Source: Candidatus Gottesmanbacteria bacterium UBA6580 | Lineage (GTDB): Bacteria; Patescibacteriota; Microgenomatia; UBA10105; UBA927 | Direction of reading: 5' to 3' | Length of the DNA: 64,000 nt | Assembly (NCBI GenBank): GCA_002433895.1 | Contig: DJJA01000003.1 | Span: 288,486-352,485, forward strand | Shown: one piece after another, positions 1-10,303 of the stretch | Layout of the letters: every line of letters starts with the position of its first letter | Numbering within the stretch: the stretch's first letter is position 1 | Notes under the pieces: model-generated | What the model saw: the letters and a program-made list of their open reading frames with translations, nothing else | Database searches by the model: none | Told to the model about the DNA's origin: nothing | Translations under genes and position numbers: made by a program

Positions 1-1658
1 GTATCGTTCCCCTCGGAGGAAGTGGGAACGTGACCAAAAACATGTATGTCTATGAATACCGTTATGACGGGAAAATCCGTGACATTCTCATCGTGGACTG
101 CGGTATCGGGTTTCCTGATGCCGAGATGTTTGGCGTTGACCTAATTATCCCGGATGTCCGGTATTTGATGGACAAAAAGGATAAAATCCGCGCGCTTATA
201 TTTACGCATGGTCACGATGATCATATCGGCGGATTGCCGTATATTTATCCGAAGCTCGGAAAAGTTCCGATGTATGGACCCACTCTTGCCGCGGCATTTG
301 CAAATCTAAAGCTCAAGGAAACGCCAATCCGCGATAGGGTGAGACCCATGCGGTTTGATTCCAGTGTGGATGCCGGTGCGTTCCGGGTGTCATTTATCCG
401 TCTGACACATTCGATACCGGATACGTCACATCTGGTGATCGAAACGCCGGTCGGCATTTTTTACCATGGCAGCGATTTTAAATTTGATCCTACCCCTCTC
501 GATGATAAACCGTCTGAGCTTGGAAAGATAAACGCGGTCGGGAAGCGGGGAGTGTTATGTATGCTTTCCGACAGTTTGGGAAGTGAACGCCCCGGGTTTA
601 CGCCGTCTGAGCAGATTATCGGCGAAACGATAGAAAAAGAGCTGCGTTTAAGCCACGGCAAGGTGTTGTTTACGACGCAGTCGAGTAATATATCCCGTAT
701 ACAGCTCGCTATTGAGCTCGCGCAAAAACACGGCCGCAAGATCGCGTTTTTAGGCAGAAGCATCGACAAAAATGTGGAAGAGTCAGTGAAGCTGGGTTAC
801 ATGAAATTTCCCCGGGATGTCATCATCAACGACCGGGATCTCAAGCGCATGCCGGCAAATAAGCAGTTTCTGGTCGTCGCGGGAGCCCAAGGGCAGCCGA
901 GTTCAAATTTATCCCGGATTGCTAACGACGCGCATAAAATGGTCAAGCTGACCGATACGGACACGGTGATCATATCCGCAGATCCTATTCCCGGCCGGGA
1001 AAACGATGTCAATAAACTTATTGACCAGATTTACCGGCATGGTGCCCGGGTGTCGTATAGTGACATCATGGAGGACCTTCACGTGTCGGGACACGGCTCA
1101 AGCGGGGACATGATGCTGTTGCTGTCCGCAGTGGGACCAAAATATGTGTGGCCCATCGGCGGCACGTATAAACACCTCATGCAATACCGCAGGCTCGCGG
1201 AAGATTTGGGATATAACAAACGGTCAGTCATTATTCCTGAAGATGGGGAAGTGATGGAATTTACCCAAAACGCGCCGCCACGGGTTGTTGACCGGGTAAC
1301 GCTGGAACATATCATGATCGATGGGTTGGGAATTGGGGATGTGGGGAACGTCGTGCTCCGTGACCGCCAGACGATCGCGCTGGAAGGTATTGTGGTGGTG
1401 GTCGTGCCTATCGAAGAGGCCACCGGGCGGATGACCAGCGCCCCCGAAATTATTACCCGGGGGTTTGTGTATGTGAAGGGATCCCAGCAATTGCTGGCGC
1501 GGGCGAGTGACGTGGTATCGAACGCCCTGACGCTCAAAAAAGGCAGGATTATCGATTGGCAGTTTGTGAGGAAACGGATAGAGGAGTCACTCAAAGAGTA
1601 TCTTCTCAAAGAGACGGGCAGAAGTCCGCTCATTGTCCCGGTCATATTAGAGGTGTAA
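1..1658 (+). CDS. rnj: Ribonuclease J (MBL/beta-CASP); 5-prime partial because the ORF continues in frame to the window edge (upstream translation IVPLGGSGNV matches the RNase J N-terminus)
   Basis: THGHDDHIGG HxHxDH motif; overall similarity to RNase J1/J2 (LIIPD..YL, FRVSFIRLTHSIPD); in-frame sequence upstream of the GTG at 30. Confidence 0.85.
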   Translation, partial: IVPLGGSGNVTKNMYVYEYRYDGKIRDILIVDCGIGFPDAEMFGVDLIIPDVRYLMDKKDKIRALIFTHGHDDHIGGLPYIYPKLGKVPMYGPTLAAAFANLKLKETPIRDRVRPMRFDSSVDAGAFRVSFIRLTHSIPDTSHLVIETPVGIFYHGSDFKFDPTPLDDKPSELGKINAVGKRGVLCMLSDSLGSERPGFTPSEQIIGETIEKELRLSHGKVLFTTQSSNISRIQLAIELAQKHGRKIAFLGRSIDKNVEESVKLGYMKFPRDVIINDRDLKRMPANKQFLVVAGAQGQPSSNLSRIANDAHKMVKLTDTDTVIISADPIPGRENDVNKLIDQIYRHGARVSYSDIMEDLHVSGHGSSGDMMLLLSAVGPKYVWPIGGTYKHLMQYRRLAEDLGYNKRSVIIPEDGEVMEFTQNAPPRVVDRVTLEHIMIDGLGIGDVGNVVLRDRQTIALEGIVVVVVPIEEATGRMTSAPEIITRGFVYVKGSQQLLARASDVVSNALTLKKGRIIDWQFVRKRIEESLKEYLLKETGRSPLIVPVILEV

Positions 1659-1721
1659 CGCTTGACACGTCACCTATATTACTATAGGATATAAATAGGC
1701 AAGGGGAGTAGCGGCTTTCCG

Positions 1722-1750
1722 TTGCAATAGTGCGCTGCTCTTTCTATACT
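1722..1750 (+). promoter_or_regulatory. sigma70-like promoter upstream of ftsK: -35 TTGCAA (1722-1727), 17-bp spacer, -10 TATACT (1745-1750), then a 16-nt leader with GGAG
   Basis: hexamer spacing read directly from sequence. Confidence 0.4.
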
Positions 1751-1766
1751 GGAGTGTACTGAATGT

Positions 1767-3938
1767 ATGGCATTTAAACTGAAAAAATCAAAGCGTAAAT
1801 ATCACAAGCGCAAAGGCATCGGTTTAAAGCTTAAAAAGCAAACCGTGTATACCGTTGCCGCCATATGGTTCTGGTTGTTTGCCGCCGCAATCTCAATTTC
1901 GTTTTTTGGTGAGGGGGATATGTTATCGTCGCTCCGGGCAAGCCTCATTGATCACTTTGGGTGGGTCATGTATCTGTTGCCGATATTTTTAGTTTCCGCA
2001 AGCACGTTATTTTTTAAAGTAAAATCAGAGTTGGCCAATCAAAATGTTCCCATGGGATTGGGTATTATATTGTTTGGATTATTGGCGTTGACGAGAGCCG
2101 GAGATATCGGTGATGTCTTATGGGTGCTTACCTCTGACGCCATCGCTCCTGAGGGAGCGACCCTTTTGTTTTTGGGTGTTATCCTTATCGGCGTCATCGT
2201 GTTGTTTAATACGTCATTGGATAAGTTTATTAACTTTATTCTGATGGGGATGCAAACGATACTCGAGTGGATCGCGTCGCTTGGACAACGGGAACAAAAG
2301 CAGCCGCTTATTATCGGTGGCCAACAGAAAGAACCGCTTAAGATCCGCGAATCTGACGAGGAAAAGGCGGGGGTTAAAAAACCGATAAGCCCTCCCCCCG
2401 TGCCGATAAAAAGTGAAGTGACTACCCCATCAAAAGTTGTTTCAGGTGCCAGTGGACTCACGATATCTTCCCTCAATAACAGCCAGGACATGAAAGCCTG
2501 GGAGTATCCCGATGTTGCCATGCTGTCCGACGGGCCGGGTGAAAAAGCCGACCGGGGAGACGTACGGAAAAACGCTGATATTATCGAAAAGACGCTTGAT
2601 AGCTTCGGTATACGGGCTGATGTGGTAGAGGTAAATCCGGGTCCGGCTGTGACGCAATACGCGATTAAGTTGTCGTTGGGCACCAAGGTTTCCAAGATTA
2701 CCTCGCTTGCCAGTGACATGGCGCTTGCCCTTGCCGCGCCAACGGGTCAGGTGCGTATCGAGGCGCCTATTCCTGGCCGTGATCTGGTGGGTATAGAAAT
2801 CCCTAACCGCGGATTGGAATTCGTTACTCTCAAGCGGATGCTTTTGGCTGATAACATGAAGAAAGCAAAAAGTAAGTTGGCGGTGGCCATGGGGCTTGAT
2901 GTATCCGGTAATCCGCTAATCGGCGATATTGCTAAAATGCCGCACGTATTGGTCGCCGGTACCACGGGATCAGGTAAATCAGTGTTACTCAACGCGTGGA
3001 TTTGTAGCTTGTTGTACCGGACGACCCCAGCGGAAGTCCGGCTTATTTTGGTAGACCCCAAGAGGGTAGAGCTGGTAGGTTACAACGGAGTCCCCCATCT
3101 GCTCACGCCGGTCATCGTGGAGACCGACAAGATCCTATCTGCGCTCCGTTGGGCGACACAGGAAATGGAACGGCGGTATAAACAGTTTGCGGAAGTGGGC
3201 GTGCGGAACCTCGACGGTTTTAATGAGCTTTCCGGGTTCCAGGCGCTTCCGAACATCGTTATCATCATCGATGAGCTTGCCGACCTTATGGCATACGCGC
3301 CGGTAGAGGTAGAAGATACGATCTGCCGGATAGCCCAGATGGCGAGAGCGACAGGTATCCACCTTGTGCTCGCCACCCAGCGGCCAAGCGTGGATGTTAT
3401 CACCGGACTGATCAAAGCAAATATTCCCGCCCGTATCGCGTTTAACGTATCCAGCATGATGGACTCACGTGTCATCATCGATATGCCGGGCGCCGAAAAA
3501 TTATTAGGCAGAGGAGACATGCTGTATGTGCCGCCGGACCAGGCGAAGCCGATGCGTATCCAAGGAACGTTCGTTTCCGACAAAGAAGTGGGGAAAGTCG
3601 TCGACTTTTTCAAAAGCACACAAGCGGAAGTGCATTATACCGAGGAAGTATTGAGCCAGCCGGCAACCGCGATGAAAAAAGGCGGCGCTGGTGGATCCGC
3701 GGATGGACGGGATCCGCTATTTGAAGATGCGCTACGGCTTGTCTGCCAATATGATAAAGCGTCTGCATCGCTTTTGCAGCGGCGGCTATCTGTAGGGTAC
3801 GCACGGGCGGCGAGAATACTCGATCAATTAGAGATGGCAGGTATTATCGGAGTTGGTGAAGGGTCCAAGCCCCGCGATGTGCTTATCAAGAACCCGGATG
3901 ATTTCCTCAATAGCCAGGCAGAAACCAAAGAAAGCTAG
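1767..3938 (+). CDS. ftsK: DNA translocase FtsK/SpoIIIE
   Basis: N-terminal TM segments, Walker A GTTGSGKS, LVLATQRPSVDVITG, C-terminal gamma-like winged helix. Confidence 0.9.
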   Translation: MAFKLKKSKRKYHKRKGIGLKLKKQTVYTVAAIWFWLFAAAISISFFGEGDMLSSLRASLIDHFGWVMYLLPIFLVSASTLFFKVKSELANQNVPMGLGIILFGLLALTRAGDIGDVLWVLTSDAIAPEGATLLFLGVILIGVIVLFNTSLDKFINFILMGMQTILEWIASLGQREQKQPLIIGGQQKEPLKIRESDEEKAGVKKPISPPPVPIKSEVTTPSKVVSGASGLTISSLNNSQDMKAWEYPDVAMLSDGPGEKADRGDVRKNADIIEKTLDSFGIRADVVEVNPGPAVTQYAIKLSLGTKVSKITSLASDMALALAAPTGQVRIEAPIPGRDLVGIEIPNRGLEFVTLKRMLLADNMKKAKSKLAVAMGLDVSGNPLIGDIAKMPHVLVAGTTGSGKSVLLNAWICSLLYRTTPAEVRLILVDPKRVELVGYNGVPHLLTPVIVETDKILSALRWATQEMERRYKQFAEVGVRNLDGFNELSGFQALPNIVIIIDELADLMAYAPVEVEDTICRIAQMARATGIHLVLATQRPSVDVITGLIKANIPARIAFNVSSMMDSRVIIDMPGAEKLLGRGDMLYVPPDQAKPMRIQGTFVSDKEVGKVVDFFKSTQAEVHYTEEVLSQPATAMKKGGAGGSADGRDPLFEDALRLVCQYDKASASLLQRRLSVGYARAARILDQLEMAGIIGVGEGSKPRDVLIKNPDDFLNSQAETKES

Positions 3939-3946
3939 GTGACCTC

Positions 3947-4585
3947 ATGAAGACAGTCGGAAGCATGCTCCAGGAAGCACGGATAGCCAAAGGGTTATCG
4001 CCCATCGATGTTGAGCGGGCGATTAAGATCCGGGAAAAATATATCATTGCGATAGAAGCAAATGATTTTGATAGATTACCATCGCCCTCCTATGCAAAAG
4101 GATTTGTCCGCAATTACGCGGAATATTTAGGGTTACCGACGGATGCCGTGATGGCGTTTTTCCGCCGGCAAATGACCGATGTTTCAAAAGCGAGTTTATT
4201 GCCAAAAGGAGTATCTGATCCTCTCAACGCCCCGCTCGTACATTTAACTCCGGGAAGATTTGTGGGGTTCTTGGTGAGCGTGCTGTTGATTATTTTTTTG
4301 TTCTATTTGGGAAATCAATATTTTCGGATAGGGAAAGCCCCACCGCTTACCGTGACTAGCCCCGCTGACCAGCAGATTGTGACGAGTAGTAGGGTGGTCG
4401 TTGAGGGAAAATCCGATGCTGATGCGACGGTTACCATAAACGGTATATCGACCATCGTCCGTGATGACGGGAGATTTTATGAACAGATTGCGGTTGAACC
4501 GGGAGTAAATAAAATAACGGTAAGCGCTACCAGCAGGTTTGGTAAAACATCTACCGAAATACGTGAAGTAGGATACCAGCCCTAA
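3947..4585 (+). CDS. HTH (XRE-type) domain membrane protein, RodZ-like
   Basis: N-terminal HTH LQEARIAKGLSPIDVERAIKIREKYIIAIE, one TM helix, extracellular C-terminal domain. Confidence 0.5.
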   Translation: MKTVGSMLQEARIAKGLSPIDVERAIKIREKYIIAIEANDFDRLPSPSYAKGFVRNYAEYLGLPTDAVMAFFRRQMTDVSKASLLPKGVSDPLNAPLVHLTPGRFVGFLVSVLLIIFLFYLGNQYFRIGKAPPLTVTSPADQQIVTSSRVVVEGKSDADATVTINGISTIVRDDGRFYEQIAVEPGVNKITVSATSRFGKTSTEIREVGYQP

Positions 4586-4673
4586 AGAGTGTTACTCTGT
4601 ACGGGTTCGATCGGATTGACAGTAGGCGCAAAGTACGCCATACTGGTATTTGTTCGTAGGTTTTGTACTGCCC

Positions 4674-4946
4674 ATGGATCCAGTTCAGCTCACTATCATC
4701 ATTATTAGTTTTATCCTCACCCTTTTATTGGTGCTTTTGGGTGTTCAGGTGTGGTATATCTTCAAAGAAGTACGTACTTCCATTATCAAGGTAAACACGA
4801 TGCTTGATGATGCGAAAAAAGTGACCGGCACTGTTGGTGATTCGGTCGCAAGCTTGTCGGGCGTGGTGAGCGGCATAAAGGCGGCGCTATCGGTATTTAA
4901 GTCGTTCCGGAATAAGACTGAGGACGAAGGAGAGAAATATGTCTGA
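4674..4946 (+). CDS. small membrane protein, hypothetical (ORF may start at TTG 4650)
   Basis: hydrophobic N-terminus; ORF only. Confidence 0.3.
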   Translation: MDPVQLTIIIISFILTLLLVLLGVQVWYIFKEVRTSIIKVNTMLDDAKKVTGTVGDSVASLSGVVSGIKAALSVFKSFRNKTEDEGEKYV

Positions 4947-5325
4947 CAATAATAATAGCGACGGCAAATTTTTGTTCGGATTTTTTATCGGCGGTTTAAT
5001 CGGCGCGCTTATTATTTTTTTCCTTGGTACCAAAGAAGGAAAAAAGACCGGTAAACTTCTCGAAAGCAAAGGCAAAGATTTGATCGATGAGCTGGAAGAA
5101 AAGCTAGATGAGCTGCAGAATAAAGGCAAAGAACTCGTCCGCCAAGGCGAGGTCATGAAAGAAAAGGTGATGGAAACTATTGGTGACAAAAAAGATGATG
5201 TGACCGAGGCGGCAGCGGAAAAAATTGATATCGCACTCGCCCACATACAGGAAATGCAACAAAAGGGCGCGGAAACGACCGCCACATTGCGCAAGCAGTT
5301 TAAGAACCTCCCCAAGAAGAAATAA
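4939..5325 (+). CDS. YtxH-like (DUF948) membrane-anchored coiled-coil protein
   Basis: N-terminal GFFIGGLIGALIIFFLG followed by a K/E-rich helix, typical YtxH architecture. Confidence 0.5.
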   Translation: MSDNNNSDGKFLFGFFIGGLIGALIIFFLGTKEGKKTGKLLESKGKDLIDELEEKLDELQNKGKELVRQGEVMKEKVMETIGDKKDDVTEAAAEKIDIALAHIQEMQQKGAETTATLRKQFKNLPKKK

Positions 5326-5350
5326 GAAGCCCCATCCGTACCCCTTTTAT

Positions 5351-6274
5351 TTACTGGGGTAATTTGTTTGCGACATATACGCAGCCTACGACAATAAGTC
5401 CCCCGATAATTTCCGGCACAGTAACCATCTCCGCGTACAGCAAGTATCCAAAAAGCAGCGCAAAGACATTTTCGAGTAACAGGATTTGACTACCGAATAC
5501 CGCGTCGAGGTGTTCGAACGCGTATATTTCTATCGGGTTAACAAGCGCGTTCATAAATCCGCCAATAGCGAGCCCCAACAGCACGTTGGGGTTGGTAAAC
5601 GCTGAAAGCGCAAACGATTCCCCGCGGAGTATTGCCAGCAGCAGGCCGGAGATTGCCGCAACGGCCATAACGGCCACCGTGATTTCGTGGGTATTGAGGT
5701 GGCGGGATAACATTTTCCGTCCGACAAAAAACCATGCCATGGTCGCCGTGGCTATGAGCGTGAACCATTCTCCGGTGCCAAACTCCGCAAGTCGCGGGAC
5801 AAACGATTTGGTGGCCACAAAGCTTATGCCGACGAGCGACACGACCAGCAATCCTGCAAGTTTTGCATCGAACGGTTTTTTGAGAAAGAAAAATGAATAG
5901 AGGTAGGAAAAAAATGGTACCGACGCAAAAATAATGGCAACGTTGACGAGCTTGGCGTTGAGCGCTCCGAGGGTGATGAAATATACACCTATGGAATACC
6001 CGATTGTTCCCATGGTGAGCACTACGATTGCGTCCCGTTGCGGCATTGAGCGGATATTTGCCCACCGAATTTTTTTGCGGAAAATAAACAAGAGAGCCAA
6101 CGTTGCAAGGGCTATACGCATGTAGACTTGGGTCATGGGTTGGAACCCTTCAGAAAGGAGCCTGCTTCCGACGGAAAGGAGTGTGTAGCTAGCAGACACA
6201 ATGACGAGAAAGCCGATAGAGAGGTTTCTCGGGGATATTCCCGTGGCGGAGTTTTTGAGCGGGCGGAATTCCAT
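5351..6274 (-). CDS. EamA/DMT-family transporter
   Basis: about 10 TM helices with two EamA-like repeats; start chosen at MEFRPLKN to avoid overlap (ORF extends to 6310). Confidence 0.65.
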   Translation of the reverse strand: MEFRPLKNSATGISPRNLSIGFLVIVSASYTLLSVGSRLLSEGFQPMTQVYMRIALATLALLFIFRKKIRWANIRSMPQRDAIVVLTMGTIGYSIGVYFITLGALNAKLVNVAIIFASVPFFSYLYSFFFLKKPFDAKLAGLLVVSLVGISFVATKSFVPRLAEFGTGEWFTLIATATMAWFFVGRKMLSRHLNTHEITVAVMAVAAISGLLLAILRGESFALSAFTNPNVLLGLAIGGFMNALVNPIEIYAFEHLDAVFGSQILLLENVFALLFGYLLYAEMVTVPEIIGGLIVVGCVYVANKLPQ

Positions 6275-6275
6275 A

Positions 6276-7205
6276 TCAGGTGACGATATTTTTTGGTTGC
6301 TTTTCGGCAACCGCGACCATGTTGTCTACCCACATAGCGATCAGGTTAGTAAGCGACTCCTGGCTTATCCACGCCATAGGGGGAAGCGCCCAGACATTTC
6401 CCTGATATTCATTGAGTGGCTTTGTCCCTTCGCCCTCCAGCGCGTAGCCGCCAAGTTTGTTTTGCGCGACTTTCGCCAGAATATATTCTTCGGGGAGTAA
6501 TGCTTTGACACGCCCGATGCCGACGATGACTGCCGAAGGCTTCATGATATCGATGAGATCATTGGAGATTATTTGTTTTGTTTCGTCGTTTTCTACTAGC
6601 GCGGGCATAAGCACGTCTGCTTTTTGAAATAACTCCGTAAGTTCTGCGTATGTGTAGGCGTCATGACGGGTTTTTCTCGACCAGTATAGAACGTTCATGC
6701 CAATTCCCTTGCCCGCCGCAGCCATTGCTTTACCGATGCGCCCCATACCGATAATACCCAGCGTTTTTCCTTTTAGCAGCATAGGTTTTACCGACCAATC
6801 GATCTCCCAATTGTTTTTAATGTAGATGGGGAGCTTGCGGGCGGCTTCTATCGCCATACACATCGCGTATTCAGCGACAGAATCCGACGAAAATCCCGGA
6901 CAGTTGCAGCCTATTATGCCACGGGCCGCGAGATCTTTGGGATATATCCAGCCAAATGAGGTGGATTGCGTGATGACTGCTTTTACATTGGGGATGTGAT
7001 CGAGTGCGGCAACATCCAAATCCCAATCAAACACGGTGGGATCAAGCGCGAGTATTTTTTCTTCAGGGTCTTTTGTAAGTTGGGTGAGTAGCGCGAGTTT
7101 TCCTTTGTGTTGGAGAATGATAACCTCGCCGTATGTGGCGAGCTGTTTTTGTTGTCCGGCAGTAAGACCGCATTCCTTGTCAGGAACAATAAGGTAAAAT
7201 TTCAT
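6276..7205 (-). CDS. D-isomer-specific 2-hydroxyacid dehydrogenase family (NAD-binding)
   Basis: GIIGMGRIGK Rossmann motif, catalytic-domain similarity; SD AAGGAGA and a TATAAT upstream. Confidence 0.8.
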   Translation of the reverse strand: MKFYLIVPDKECGLTAGQQKQLATYGEVIILQHKGKLALLTQLTKDPEEKILALDPTVFDWDLDVAALDHIPNVKAVITQSTSFGWIYPKDLAARGIIGCNCPGFSSDSVAEYAMCMAIEAARKLPIYIKNNWEIDWSVKPMLLKGKTLGIIGMGRIGKAMAAAGKGIGMNVLYWSRKTRHDAYTYAELTELFQKADVLMPALVENDETKQIISNDLIDIMKPSAVIVGIGRVKALLPEEYILAKVAQNKLGGYALEGEGTKPLNEYQGNVWALPPMAWISQESLTNLIAMWVDNMVAVAEKQPKNIVT

Positions 7206-7255
7206 TTTTTCTCCTTTTCCGCACGTTTATTATACTCCACATGTGCCTTTTCCTG

Positions 7256-8104
7256 TTATTTTAACAGTAGCACACCGATGAACGCGAAAACTGCCGCGAT
7301 TATTTTTCGCCACAGATGACCGTGTTCTTTCAGGAAATAAATTCCTCCTGCCACGGTAAAAATGCCGGTCGTTGCTGTAATTGGATTTACTCTAGATGCT
7401 TCTGCGAGCGATAGGGCTTGTATATAGACAATGTAGCCTACCACATTGAGTGCTGCGGCTAGTGCAACTTTCCATCCGCCGATACGGAATTCCCTGACAA
7501 TTTCTTTTTTTGTTACCCTGGGAAACGCGACAATCGCAAGCGGCATAAACCACACGAGAAAACTATAGAGTGTTGCCGATAATGGCTCAGATGCCGGTTT
7601 ATCGAGAATGCTAGTGAGCCCCAGGAAAACCGCGCATAGCACTGCGTATCCAAGGGCTGGGGTGAGGGTAAATTTAGGGTTTCGGAACACCAACAGGAGA
7701 GAAGCAAATATGATAAGTATAACCCCGGCAATTTTTTCGGTGGTGAGGGGTTCATTCAAAAATAAAATTGCGCCGATAAATCCGATAACCGTGCTTAGGC
7801 GGAAAATGATGGCAAATGTAGAAGCATCCGTACCCTGACGGGCATAAAATTGTGTTCGCTCATACAGTCCATAGAGAATAATTGTCGAAGCAAGGAGCAC
7901 ATACTGGATAGGTGTGAGCCCCCAAAGGCCACTAAGCGATCCGCGTTCAAGCAAAAAAAGGAGTAGTGCAAATCCTGCTCCCCACAGATTAAATACCACC
8001 GCAAATATCCGTGGCGAGCCGGTGCGAATGGCAAGTATTCGCATGAGTAACTCCTGCGCGGCAAATATGAGTGCGCTGGCAAGGGCGAGGAAAAACCACA
8101 ACAT
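7256..8104 (-). CDS. EamA/DMT-family transporter
   Basis: 10-TM duplicated EamA architecture; -10 TATACT 7 nt upstream of the ATG (leaderless pattern). Confidence 0.7.
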   Translation of the reverse strand: MLWFFLALASALIFAAQELLMRILAIRTGSPRIFAVVFNLWGAGFALLLFLLERGSLSGLWGLTPIQYVLLASTIILYGLYERTQFYARQGTDASTFAIIFRLSTVIGFIGAILFLNEPLTTEKIAGVILIIFASLLLVFRNPKFTLTPALGYAVLCAVFLGLTSILDKPASEPLSATLYSFLVWFMPLAIVAFPRVTKKEIVREFRIGGWKVALAAALNVVGYIVYIQALSLAEASRVNPITATTGIFTVAGGIYFLKEHGHLWRKIIAAVFAFIGVLLLK

Positions 8105-8134
8105 GGGGAGAAGTATACGCCGGGGAATGGATTT

Positions 8135-8461
8135 TTACGAGAGTTCGCTTTTCAGCCACGCGAGGTATTTAGCGGTAACGTGCGAGAGCGGAACCGCGAT
8201 AATTTCGGGATTTTCGTACGAATGGGCGCGGATAACTTCTTTTTCCAGTGCTTTCCATTTGCTATCGAGAGTTTTTACAAGAAGTATCGCTTCCTGCGCG
8301 TAGTCAACCTGATTTTTATGGGGTGGCCAAAGGAACATGGAGTCAACGGGATTTACCACCTGGGTACATGCAGCGAGCTTCTTCTTGAGCAGCTGATCGC
8401 CGATTTGTTCGGCTTGCACTTTATCGTTACACGAGATGATGACAAGCATTGCGTCACTCAT
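8135..8461 (-). CDS. cutA: Divalent-cation tolerance protein CutA
   Basis: alignable to CutA1 (KLAAC...LPV..AKYL.WL). Confidence 0.75.
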   Translation of the reverse strand: MSDAMLVIISCNDKVQAEQIGDQLLKKKLAACTQVVNPVDSMFLWPPHKNQVDYAQEAILLVKTLDSKWKALEKEVIRAHSYENPEIIAVPLSHVTAKYLAWLKSELS

Positions 8462-9318
8462 ACTCCAACAAATCCTAATGCTATTATACCAACGAGCGCA
8501 AGGAGGATGCCGATGGTCTGACGCACAGTAAGTTTTTCGCGGAACACGACATACGAGAGGAGTACTGAAAGCGTGGGGTACGAGCCGGCGATGGGCGCAA
8601 CTATTGGGGTGAGCCCGCTGTCGAGGGCAACGTTAAATGAAAAATCCCCGATACGCAAAAACATCGCGGTGAACAGGACGGGGAATAGCGCAACTTTCCA
8701 TGAAATATGTTCGCCCTGCTTTTTTTCCTTTAAGTGGAGCCACCAAAGTACCGGAATCCAGACAGTGAATGCATAGATCGGCCAAAACCATCCGATGACG
8801 GCGATGATTGGTTTCACCAGCGTAGAAAAGATACCGATGCATGCCATACCCAGAATGGCGAACAGCACACCCTTCCTAAATTCATTGGTTTGTTTTTCCC
8901 TGATAGGGACATAGGTACAAAGAAAAATTCCTGTGAGTATTAATCCGATATAAAATGACTGCAGAGCCGTTATCGGTTCGCGGAATAGTATGACCGACAA
9001 TAGGACAATGAGCGCGGCATACGATGAAAAAATAGTAAGTGCCAGTGGTGCGTTGATGAGCCGGAGTGATTTATTCAGTGCGATATTTCCCACGAGCTGA
9101 AGTCCGCCAAGCGCAATAACAGCGATAACGATGAACGGCGTTGCTTTTGACAGCTCGTGAATATGACTGGGAACGAGCGGAAGAAAAAGAAGTGCGCTGA
9201 CAATAAATACCCGTAGCAATGCGCGTTCAGCTCCCAAGGAGCGGGCGGTTATCGCGTTAAACACATCACCTAAGCCCCAGGTGAGATACGTGATGAACGC
9301 GAAGATTAGTGGGTTCAT
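8458..9318 (-). CDS. EamA/DMT-family transporter
   Basis: 10-TM EamA architecture; 4-bp overlap with cutA. Confidence 0.7.
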   Translation of the reverse strand: MNPLIFAFITYLTWGLGDVFNAITARSLGAERALLRVFIVSALLFLPLVPSHIHELSKATPFIVIAVIALGGLQLVGNIALNKSLRLINAPLALTIFSSYAALIVLLSVILFREPITALQSFYIGLILTGIFLCTYVPIREKQTNEFRKGVLFAILGMACIGIFSTLVKPIIAVIGWFWPIYAFTVWIPVLWWLHLKEKKQGEHISWKVALFPVLFTAMFLRIGDFSFNVALDSGLTPIVAPIAGSYPTLSVLLSYVVFREKLTVRQTIGILLALVGIIALGFVGV

Positions 9319-9330
9319 GATATTTCTGTG

Positions 9331-10302
9331 TTATACCAGTTTCCGGACATGTGTAAATGCTTGTAGTCCGTCCCAACCGCGGTCGAGCCATACTTGTGTT
9401 TGCTTGGTCATGTCGTGGTTTTTCCGCATATGGTATGTCATGGCGATGACATATGCGGCATATTGGGCACGGATGAGTGAAGGGAGCGCTGCTCGTTCCG
9501 CGGGGGTTATTTGCCGGGTGTTGTTGTATGTGTCGAGGATAAGATGAATAAATTGTTTTCGTTTTTCTTCAGTGACGTAAAGCGCAAAGTTTGCGATAAG
9601 GGTGGCTATATCGAGAATTGCCGCGTTGTAGTCCATGCATCCCAAGTCGAGAAGACAAAGCTCCCCGTTTGCATTTTTTAACACATTTTCTTTTTCGGGG
9701 GTGCCGTGGATCAGCGTTTTGGGAAACGTCGCGACCGGTATCCGTTGGAACTGGGAAACAACCGGGGAAATCTTCGAAAGTTCTTCGGCGGATAATGCGC
9801 CGGATTTCAGTTTATATTCACCCGGGAGGTTTACGATCCCCATGGTGTCGTAGTAGTGTGGGGTGAGATGTTTGGTGTTGTGGATGTTGGCAAGCATCGT
9901 GGTGAGCGATGCAATATCGTGATCGGTTGGTTGGGTTTTGGTAAACGGTTTGCCTTCAAAATATTCAAATACGCACGCGTAAGAGGTGTGTTGGTTACCA
10001 GGAGTTTCCCATAGTGTGCGCCCGTCTAAAGTTGTTTTAATTACCGGCACCGGGACACCGTTTTTCCGAAGCGTGGTATAGCCCGTGATGACATCGTCAA
10101 TGCGCTCTTTAGTTTTGTCGGACGCGAATATTTTAATAATAAACCGTCCGTTTGCCGCAGAGAGATCAATATTACAGTCCTGATAGCCGGTAAGAATAGG
10201 TGAAGAAGTTGCGATAGCTCCTAACCCATACGCGACCGCGATTTGTTCAAGCACTTGGGGAAGCGCAGTAACACTATCGACGCGGGTAAAAATATCATTC
10301 AT
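9331..10302 (-). CDS. Phosphotransferase-family kinase (APH/homoserine kinase II-like)
   Basis: LIHGTPEKENVL catalytic-loop-like motif and CLLDLGCMDY (DxG-like); fold-level call only. Confidence 0.5.
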   Translation of the reverse strand: MNDIFTRVDSVTALPQVLEQIAVAYGLGAIATSSPILTGYQDCNIDLSAANGRFIIKIFASDKTKERIDDVITGYTTLRKNGVPVPVIKTTLDGRTLWETPGNQHTSYACVFEYFEGKPFTKTQPTDHDIASLTTMLANIHNTKHLTPHYYDTMGIVNLPGEYKLKSGALSAEELSKISPVVSQFQRIPVATFPKTLIHGTPEKENVLKNANGELCLLDLGCMDYNAAILDIATLIANFALYVTEEKRKQFIHLILDTYNNTRQITPAERAALPSLIRAQYAAYVIAMTYHMRKNHDMTKQTQVWLDRGWDGLQAFTHVRKLV

Positions 10303-10303
10303 G

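Noticed and set aside
1662-1690. TTGACA at 1662 as the -35 for ftsK
   Set aside because: There is no acceptable -10 at 16-18 bp spacing. TTGCAA-17-TATACT at 1722-1750 fits better.
4586-4650. GGTTCGATC T-loop-like motif, checked as a possible tRNA
   Set aside because: There is no acceptor or anticodon stem complementarity and the spacer is only about 64 nt. It is not a tRNA.
5538-6125. ORFs 5538-6065 (-), 5586-5900 (+) and 5934-6125 (+) inside the EamA gene
   Set aside because: They are alternative frames of a membrane-protein gene with Arg-rich, non-protein-like composition.
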